Source: Trichoplax adhaerens | Lineage: Eukaryota; Animalia; Placozoa | DNA: 64,000 nt | NCBI RefSeq assembly: GCF_000150275.1 | Contig: NW_002060943.1 | Location: forward strand, 207,980 to 271,979 | Direction: 5' to 3' | Shown here: piece by piece, positions 54,320 to 64,000 of the stretch | How the letters are laid out: each line of letters starts with the position of its first letter | How positions within the stretch are numbered: position 1 is the stretch's first letter | Notes under the pieces: generated by a model | Database searches by the model: none | What the model saw: only the letters and a program-made list of their open reading frames with translations | Told to the model about the DNA's origin: nothing | Made by a program: the position numbers and the translations under genes

Positions 54320-55600
54320 ATTAATTTTTTTATAAATTGATCATCAAAGTCTTGCTTTTGACAGCAATATATCGCTATACTCTTTAATTTAATTTCTATT
54401 AAATATGATTGCTGTTGACTGTTACGAAAGTAATACTAAGAGGGATCACCATTCATGAACATTTTTTTATAAATTGGCCATCAAAGTCTTGCCTTTTAAC
54501 AGCAATATATCGCTATACTTTTCAATTTAATCCCTATTGAATGCGATAGCTGTTGACTGTTACGAAGCGATGCTAAGAGGGATCACCTTTCATTCACTTT
54601 TTTTTATAAATTGATTATCAAAGTCTTGCTTTTGACTGCGATATATCGCTATACTTTTCAATTTAATCCCTATTTATCACGTCAAAGTATTGCTTTTGGC
54701 AGCAATACATCACCATACTTTTCAATTTAATTTCTGCTAAACACGATAGCTGTTGGCCGTTACGAAAACGATACTAAGAGTTATCACAGTAAATTGACCA
54801 TCGAAGTATTGCTGCAATAATTTCAGTTAATTACAGTAATGATGTGTTAGGATAGAGAACCCATATACTGCAATTGCTTTTGGCGGTGATATATCGTTAT
54901 AGTTTTTCAAGTTAATCTCTATTAGATACAGTAGCTGTTAATTGCTACGAAATCGAGGCTAAGAGTTATCGCCATTAATTAACTTTTTTTCTTTACAAAA
55001 TTGACTATTAAAGTATCGCTGTTGACAGCAATACCATTCGTATATCGCTATGCTTTTCAATTTGATCTCTATAAATTACCGTAACTATTGATTGTTAGAA
55101 GATCGATACTGAAGGTTATTGCTGTCAATAAACTTTTTATAAACTGGCCATTGGAGTATTGCAGCAATAATTTCGGTGAGTTGCAGTAGTTATATGTTAG
55201 GGTTCAGAGCCCATAGACTGTAGCTGCTTTTAACGGCGATACATCGCCATAGTTTTTCAATTAAATCTCTATTAAATACAGTAGCTGTTGATTGTTGCGA
55301 AATCAAGGCTAAGAGTTGTCGCCATTAATTAAATTTTTCATAAAATTGACCATTAAAGTACCGCTGTTGACAGCAATGCCACTCGCATATCGCCGTACTT
55401 GTCAATTTAATCCCTATTAAACACAGTAGCTATTGATCTTTCGAAGATTGAGTGGCTACTGATAGAAAATCGATACTAAGGTTTGTCACCCTTAATTAAC
55501 CTTTTTTTGTTAATAAATTGATCATCAAAGTATTGTTTTTGACGACAATATATCGCCATCCTTTTCGTATGAATTTCTATCCACTACGTTAGCTGTTGTT
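54320..55600. repeat. Degenerate ~135 bp tandem array
   Basis: TAAATTGATCATCAAAGTCTTGCTTTTGACAGCAATATATCGCTATACT...TAGCTGTTGACTGTTACGAA recurs about 9 times. Confidence 0.9.
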
Positions 55601-57142
55601 TAATCGAATTAGCATAGTTAGCTATTTCTAGTAAGTTAAGCGCTGTGGTCAAAGATTTCACTAGAAACCGTGCCAGGTAGCGTTGTCTCTATTGCATTAT
55701 TTGACGTCAAAATAAGCGGTGTGGTTGAAGTTTAATTATTGATTATGGTCGATGAATTGAATACAAATATCAATTTTTTTCTTATTACAAAATGTAAACG
55801 AGTATATGCGTATAAATTACTAAATGGCTGTTTACACTTGGGATTTGTATTCACCTGGAGCTTTATCATTCTCCGATCAAGGATAGAAACAATTGTCGAT
55901 TCAAATCCAATACACATATTAACAATTTCATTATATCCAATTCAGTGACGAAAAATCTATGATCTAGTACTATCATAAATATTATTTGCTTCTATGGGGC
56001 TATTTGTCTGATTCTATTCAGTCTTTGAAGAAATGGTGATAGTTTTGACAGATGACGTAGTATTCCTGCAGTAAATATTATTTATCCTTACGATACTATT
56101 TATAAGATCTGCTAGCTAGCATTATCCTAAAACAGTCCTTGGATAACACCAACATCAATAATTTAATTCCCTTTTTATCCATTGATAAAAATCTTTGAAT
56201 ACTATTTAAAAAAATAAAAATAGCTCTTCTTAACTTCAATAAGTTACATGATGGTAACAAGACTCAATAGTGGATAGAAAGTTTATATCCATTGCGGTAA
56301 AGCTTTATCTATTTTTAATAGGATTTCATAATATTGTATTTGTACTATATTTAGGCGTAAAAATGGATATAAAGACTATTGCATTGTCCCTAAAAATTTA
56401 ATGTCAATATTAACTGAAAATATTAGACGAAAGTTAATATGGTAAAAGTGACCAATTTCCATTAAGCCATTAAATCGAAATATGAATAATAGCGAATATC
56501 CGTTAAATAAATGTATTACGCCAATCCATGGTTTAAAGTATAAAATTTGGAGTGATTGGAGAATCAATATACGTATTTTAATAAGTGATTCGGTAGAATT
56601 CATCTTAGTAAATGATCCCAATGGTCGCTTATCAATGTACTTTGAAAAAAAATTTAGATCGCGCTTTCGTAGCTACAATTCCTAAAATATTGTTCAATTC
56701 TCATCTCCAACTTACGACTACACTTGATTTCAAGAACTACTATGTACCATGTTCAATCGATATTTTTTTCAAATTCAACCGATAGTGAATTTGTCCTGAT
56801 CTACTTGGCGTAGGAAAACGTAGATAGGCGATATACCACATTGGATAAAACTGCAATTTTTTGGGTTCAATTTTTTTAATGCACTTTAAATTTGTAATAT
56901 AACTATCATTCAGTTGAAGTGGCTATATACACTGAGCAATATTGCTAATATTTGCTATCAATGTTAATAAAGCGTGAATTATAGACCATTTTTCAATGAA
57001 AAAATTAAAATTATTAACGTAAATGATGGTGGAAGAGCCTGCAGGGTTGCAGTATTTTTGCTTCGAATTTCTGACTAGTTAGGGGATTGATAAATTTCAT
57101 GCATAAAGTAACAAATTTTAAATACAACACTATGCAACTTTA

Positions 57143-57402
57143 TAAGTCATCGTTAGGGGTAATACGATTGATAGTTAGAATGTTCTTTATAGCCTATCAG
57201 TCTTCTGACACTTTATTATGGAATGGAAGTTTTTTAGCTTTAATAACGCATTGCATTGACGAATTAGAACTTAAGTCACCGTTAGGGGTAATACGATTGA
57301 TAGTTAGAATGTTCTTTATAGCCTATCAGTCTTCTGATACTTTATTATCGAATAGAAACTTTTTGGCTTTAATAATGTATTGCATTGACGAATTAGAACT
57401 TT
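57143..57402. repeat. 129 bp tandem duplication x2
   Basis: TAAGTCA.CGTTAGGGGTAATACGATTGATAG at 57143 and 57272. Confidence 0.92.
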
Positions 57403-57904
57403 GATTATCATTGTTGTCTATACAACTTTCGTATTTCATAATCAATTTTTGTCGTGAATTTTCAATACTTTTTTTAATATCAAATAAAGATTCTTTGCTT
57501 TAAATGGAGCCTTGCATTCTCAATTGGAAATCTTTCTTCTTTTACAAATTTCCTAATGAATTTCTAATCCTTTACTACCGAATAGAAGAGTTTTTAATTT
57601 ATATGCAGTATTGGATTGGCAATTCATTACTATAGCTAATACTGTAATCTAGAGATTTTTCTTGAATTTTCATAGCGTATTGACTTTAAGCTTAACGTAG
57701 AGTAATTATACTTGTATATATAATTTTCTTTTACAATCTATAATTGAAGAGAAGATTCTTAAACGCCAATCAGTTAGTAACTTATGTAATAGAAAGAGCT
57801 TAGAATTATAACTTAAACTGGCCCAGATTTTGAACGCCTTATCATTTTGTCACATGTATATTTCATCCATCAACCACAGCGTTCAATATAAAATGCATCT
57901 CCAT

Positions 57905-59470
57905 TTGACCAACGATAACTTTAGAGTAAAACTGTTACTACATCATTAGTAAGAAAACTGTTCTATTCGCTGCGAATAGATTTCATTTTATAATATGTGT
58001 CCTCCAGTGAACTAGTCTATTGACTAATGTGAAGGAAATATCCATTTACCTTTTGTGACCCTAGGCTACAATGGTCGCTACAATGCATTGTTGGCGAGTA
58101 AATTAATCTATTTGCTGTGGATAGACTTAATTTTGTAATGAGTATCTTTTAGCAAACTAATCCGTAGATTAATGTAAAGAATACCACCATTTCACCGTTT
58201 GTGAAGTTAGACTTGATTCTTTCTATTTTACCATCGATAACCTTAGAGTAAAACTGTTATCATATTAATTATTAGCGAGAAAGCTGTTCTATTGGCTATA
58301 AATAAATTTCGTTTTATAATACCTCTTCTTTAGTGAACTCGTCTGTGGATTAATGTAAAGGTAATCTTTATTTACCTTTTGCAACATCAGGTTAAAATTA
58401 TCACTACAATGGATTGTTTGCGAGTAAAGTAATATATTCGCTGTGGATAGATTTTATTTTATAGTACATGTCTTTTGTAAACTATTCCGTAGATTAATGT
58501 AAAGAATATCTTTATTTTACCTTTCGCGACGTTAGACTAAATTGTTACTACATTGTTAATGAGCAAATTGATAAATTTAACGTATATTATTCGCTGTAGA
58601 TAGATTTAATTTCATAACATATGTCTTTATGTGAGTTAGTCTGTAGATTAATGTAAAAGACATTTCCATTTTACCTTTTGTAAAGTTCAGCGAAATTGTA
58701 GCTGCATTGTTAGTGAATAAATTGGTATATTCGGCGAATAGTATTCGCTGTAGATAGATTTAATTTTCTAATACGTATCTTGAGTGATTTATTCTATACA
58801 TTAATGTAAAGGACATCTGCATTTTACCTTTTACGAAGTTCCAGTAATTTGTTACTATATTATTAGCGTGTAAATTGGCACATTTGATCAATATCATTCG
58901 CTGTAGATAGATTTAATTTTATAATACGTGTCTTTAAGTCTATAGATTAGTGTAAAGTAGTCTGCAGAGTTCGTCGATTAATGGAAAGAATATCTTCATT
59001 GTACTTTTAGCGACGCTAGACTAAAATTGTTAAGTAATGATTGACGAATAAATTGATATATTTTCACTGTAGGTAGGTTTCATTTTATAATGCGTATCTT
59101 TCAGTGGACTAGCCTGTAAACCGATGCAAAGGACATCTCCATTTACCTACTGAGCCGTTAAATGAAAACTGTAAAGAAGTGATCGGCGAGTAATTAGATG
59201 TATTGACTGCAGATACATTTTATTTCAGAATGCGTGCCTTTAAGTGACTAGTCTATAGGCCGATATCACGACCTCCCCATTTTACCTATCGCACCGTTAG
59301 ACTAAAATTGTTAACTAATAATTGACGAGCAATTTGATATGTTCGCTACTGGTACATTTCATTTTAGAATATGTGCCATTTAAGAGAATAGTCTGTAGAC
59401 TGATATAAAAGATATCTCCATTTATGATATTAAATTGAAGTTGTTGTATTCGCCGCGAATAGATTTCATT
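57905..59470. repeat. Degenerate ~120-140 bp tandem array, about 12 copies
   Basis: TATTCGCTGTAGATAGATTTAATTTTATAATA...GTCTGTAGATTAATGTAAAG...CCATTTACCTTTTG recurring. Confidence 0.88.
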
Positions 59471-62400
59471 CTATAGATAAAAGTACGCCAGGTATATCAC
59501 GGCATTACTACGATTGGCCTTAAATGATAGGAATTCTGGATACTTCGACTATTAGTACTTCACGGAATGTAAACACAGTAAATAACTGACACCATAGTAA
59601 GGGATTTCAATTAAATTTTATTTTAAACCTTACTAACAATTATCAAATTTTACGCGAGCTAGTGCTTAGCACACCGTATTTATAGAGTTTACTATCAAAA
59701 TTACAACAAATATTGCGCCGATTGAAAAATTAAGTATAGAAACAGTAAGTAATAAAGATTATGAAGCCTACGTGTGTACTAGGTTATCATACCCGTATGA
59801 TCGGCATCCTTAGCGATATTCGCCCAAGGTTATAATAATGACTACCTTTATTTCGATAAGCATTTTATACTTCTACATACAGTATTATAAAGCATTGCAA
59901 ACTGCTTGTAATGTACGAGTATGTTAATTGCGCATCCAACAAAATATTGATATTAGGAATCTATTTTAATGTAGCGAAGGGCTACGATATGCGATCGCAT
60001 ATATGCACATAGTAAGGAAGTTGAACAACATTCTGGAAATACTCAAAACACTTGATTTCTGATTGCTATATCATTTCCTAATATCTAGTCTTAATGTGAT
60101 CAACTACTGTATCACTCATAATTTGTCGAGATTGGTAAAAATAAGTTTTTCAAAGGGTTGCTGAAACTTTCAATATTCATTCATTCGATAGCCTTATTGC
60201 ATTTGCTCATTCTGGTTTAAAATAAACCTTACAAGCCACTACTGTATAATTAGAAATTGCTTCATGACCCCATTTCGTTACCGGCACCATTTATTAATAT
60301 TTATCAAAATGAACGATATGGTTAATGAATCATCAATTCCAGAGGTTAGATTTTATCTTGAATTATCTAATCTATATTACAGTCCTAAAATAACAATTCA
60401 TCAGATTATGGTGTTAATAGTTACAAATACAGTTATTGTATCAGCATGAGATTGTAAAAGAGTTTTACTGTTATGTCGATTATCATGTCCACGCGGTAAT
60501 AAAAATCGAATTGTGACATATGATACAGTCAGTATTGGAAATAACCCGATCCAGCGATTCATTTCATCGACCAGTGACTGCATTAGGCTACCATGTATCA
60601 TAGGTTCAGTCCGAAAGAAACGGAATATTTTCATGATAATTACACTAGTATGATATACCTTTGATAATAATATATCATACTATATAAATTTGCTCCAAAA
60701 TAGCGATCTTCATACCTCCAGCTGTTTACGTTATGAATTTTATGCTATCACATACTCCATTTCAATCATTTTCATACTAAAATGGCAATGTGTATTCGAT
60801 ACGCCTTGCACCGGTTGTCTTCGTATCCATTATTTGTTAAATACAACTCCTCAGTACCGATACTGCCATACGTATGACAACTCGCGATTACAATAGAATA
60901 TGGCATCACCAAATCAGATTATAATAGTCTTGGAAACACAGATTAACTCTGCTATGGCTCAAGAATATAAAAGGAGACGTTTATAATCCATCATTACGGA
61001 AGATCTTTCAATTTGTTCCCAACATTGCATTGCGTAATTTAGCCTATTAGAATAAATTCTATAATTAATGTCTACATCAAATTGCATGGAAGGTTTTTTA
61101 TATATATGCGTATATTAATAATTCCTGACAAATTCTACATTACTTTTACAGAATTAAATGAAATGTCTATTATGCATACCATCCCCTTTCGGTTAGTGAA
61201 TTAGAAAACGAGTCTCTGGGAATAGCTAGGATCTAAAAATATTTAAGAGAATATCAGTAATTGCAGGTCATACCATCTATTATAGTTACACGTACCTGAT
61301 TCTCTAGGCTTTGATAAAGTACGTCGTAATTTGGATGTCCCATATATAAATTGGTAGGTGAAGAATTTGGATTCTCTAATGAAGAAATAATATGTGGCTA
61401 AAAATTAAAAAAAGACCAAGCCTACATTTTACGAACGTCAAATTACTTTAGATACGTACCTGCGCTAGCGGTATCGAATTTATCTGATTCTTTCTCGTTG
61501 CAATCGTATATCGGTAGTAAAAATATATTTATGTCAGTTAGGCTTTTGCTTATACCTGTAGCATTGACAACTTCAAACTGGAACTGAGATACCGAACCTG
61601 AAAACATGCAATGGCATTAGATCATGAAGGATGATTATGGAATTGGAAATGGAGATCGTAATTAATGTTGTCAATACTGGCTAAGGACAGTCATTATATC
61701 ATTTAACTTATCTACTACATTTATTACTATGCAATTCTTTTGCGACAATGCTTACCGCGGTATCTTAATCGCGAATGTCGAAATAACTCTTCGGTTACGG
61801 AAAGCATGCTATTAAGACAATCAGGATGATAATCTTTCTCACACGCTCTATTGTAAACAAATACTAAAAATAGACCAGATAAAATTTTAAAATAGAACTT
61901 TTCATTTGGAGTATCAAGATGATAATATATTATTATAAAAAAATTGAAATATACACTCATGAAAGTTCTTCATTGATGTAATAGAATATACGGTACAGAC
62001 ACAATTACCTATATTGGGCAGTTGATTACTTTGCTCCTTCAAGCTAATAAACAATTTCCGAAAAATGCTCTTAAAGTTTTGTATGATATCTGCTGGCTTA
62101 ATGATTGAAAATATACAACTTTTTAATCCTCAATATAATTAAATACCTACCTAGATACTTCCTTGGCATTAATTTCACTTGATGTTGGTTTGGTTAGCAT
62201 TTCAGCTGTTAGTAAAAACCTAATAAACGAAACATAAAGTCTAATAAATCGAGAATACGATGCCGAGTTTATTAATGGGTTTAGGATCTACTAGTGTATT
62301 AACAAATAGGTTCTAATACTATTGACGCAATACCTTAGCAAACTTAGATCAGTAAACCAATCTTGAACCACGATTACAACATGGCACACAGAGTACAGGA

Positions 62401-62945
62401 AGGATACTTGCTTAAGCGACTATATTTTACATTTCATGAAATTTTACAGGTTAAGAACTCAACTCAACGTCATTTCTCGTACAATGATAATAGTTGGGAG
62501 TATATGTAAAATCTATTGCGAATATTTAATATCTTTTTGTATTTTAACCTGGATTTCCATGTAAACATCTATTGGAGTATCGTCCAAACGATAGTTCCTT
62601 GTATTATTGATGATGTGATTTGTAATTGAAGAGCTGAGGATAGGCTGTCAGTTTAGGAATATAGTACGATAATTAGCTATTTGATAAGAAATAACTTCAT
62701 TCTCGATTTTGTACAACATGATAATAATAATAATGATTTATCAAAATTATATTCGTACTTGAGTATCCAATAATATCATTCTATCTGAAGTAATAAAAAG
62801 ATCGATGCCTTCTGTTTGATGTAGGCTATTCTCCTAATAGTTTTGTATCAATCAATCATTTAGAATATAATGCAATAAGACAAACTGATGATTAANNNNN
62901 NNNNNNNNNNNNNNNNNNNNNNNNNNNNNNNNNNNNNNNNNNNNN

Positions 62946-64000
62946 TTTCGGTAAGGGGTGGTGAGCAACTGAGGGAAAATTGAGGGTTGACTAATCTATG
63001 GCCTGTAACTAAGCAATGGAACTATTGCAATTGACAACTTNTGCATCTTAAGCTAGTAGGAAATCTGCTAAATCTCTTTCTCCATCATCATGGCTACCAC
63101 ATTTAGTACAGTACTGTACATTTAGTGTGCAATAGGTGTACAGTAACTCCAGTTATCCGCAAAGACCGCGTACACTATATGAAAGACAAATCAACAGGGC
63201 AAAGAAAAAGTATAACAGAGCTAATGTACTATATTGTGCATGAATTTATTTAAAAAGATCCATAAGCATAATCTAGACAGTTGTAGCATCGTCAGACGCG
63301 TAAAAATCACACAACGCATGCATTCACATTCTAAATTTATCTCCAGTTAGTAGCTAGTACATATCCGTGGGCTGTACTCCTAGTAAACAGCTTGATATAT
63401 TTAAAACGCAATATTTAGGACTTTTTAAATGATCGTTTATTGGAATATTATCAGATTATAGTTTACATATTTAATAAAGGCAAGGTACAGACCGCATAAA
63501 ATGAGGTATATCTTTAATTGACATCTATCTTACTTCATGACCAGCTATACCTACATTTTTTTATGGATAGGGTCACATTATTAATAGGATTGGGTAACGT
63601 TCAATGTAGATATTGCACAAGCTATAGCTTCTACTCAATACTAATCTATCTTCTTTAATTGCTAGATGATATTATATGACATCTTTTCATTATATGGGCT
63701 CAAGGTTAATTCCGCCAATTATTTGCAACTTTAATAAAGCCCACTTGGGTAATATAATACTCCTTCCTGTGTACACGTCCTAAAAAAGAAATAAAAAAGT
63801 TTATCAATAAATACGCTATATTAACTATATATACAATAATCCTGACCGTAGTTATTGTTATTGTTAGGCAAGTATAGCTAATAATATATTATTATTAACG
63901 ACTAGAATACTGCTGGGTCTTGTGCATTATAATATTTTTAGAACGACATGATTAAACTGCATCTAATAGTAACTCGCGACAAGTAGAGTACGCGCGAAAC
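62946..64000 (+). repeat. Segmental duplicate copy B (180-bp-repeat remnant plus copy of 28666-29477), truncated by the window end
   Basis: ATCAACAGGGCAAAGAAAAAG... from 63190 matches 28666 onward; preceded by a 180-bp family copy and an N-gap, as copy A is. Confidence 0.95.

Noticed and set aside
55730-56830. Short ORFs suggesting a decayed gene or transposase
   Set aside because: No diagnostic motif recognised in any frame, including with TGA read as Trp.
57087-57404. 105-aa ORF with an internal repeat
   Set aside because: Explained by the 129-bp tandem duplication; non-ATG start and no splice or domain support.
59987-60682. Short palindromes ATATGCGATCGCATAT (59987-60002) and TAGTATGATATA...TATATCATACTA (60646-60682)
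   Set aside because: Isolated, AT-rich and short; no element boundaries or target-site duplications visible.

Overview
AT-rich, intron-containing eukaryotic genomic DNA with two N-gaps (28473-28665, 62896-62945). It is most likely the placozoan Trichoplax, inferred from an LFNE-type neuropeptide precursor, roughly 70-200 nt introns and the base composition. I assembled three spliced protein genes by hand from GT-AG junctions with consistent phases. (1) A + strand STAND NTPase of at least 1434 aa with NWD1/NWD2-like DUF4062(TIR-like)-NACHT-WD40 architecture. It carries an extra N-terminal SH2-like domain, in exons the ORF track misses, in which both phosphotyrosine-binding arginines appear substituted. 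(2) A 10-coding-exon MO25/CAB39 gene (- strand, 334 aa) with His at the position of human R240. (3) A 269-aa LFNE neuropeptide precursor (- strand). The window also holds tRNA-Thr(AGT), a decayed LINE remnant, a palindromic TACAG/CTGTA array starting at the inferred MO25 TSS, many unrelated local tandem arrays, an apparently gene-free ~31 kb stretch upstream of the neuropeptide gene, and a ~99% identical copy of 28666-29477 at the window end. The best candidate for something undescribed is the pseudo-SH2-TIR-like-NACHT-WD40 protein. All domain calls come from motif recognition by eye; no searches were run.
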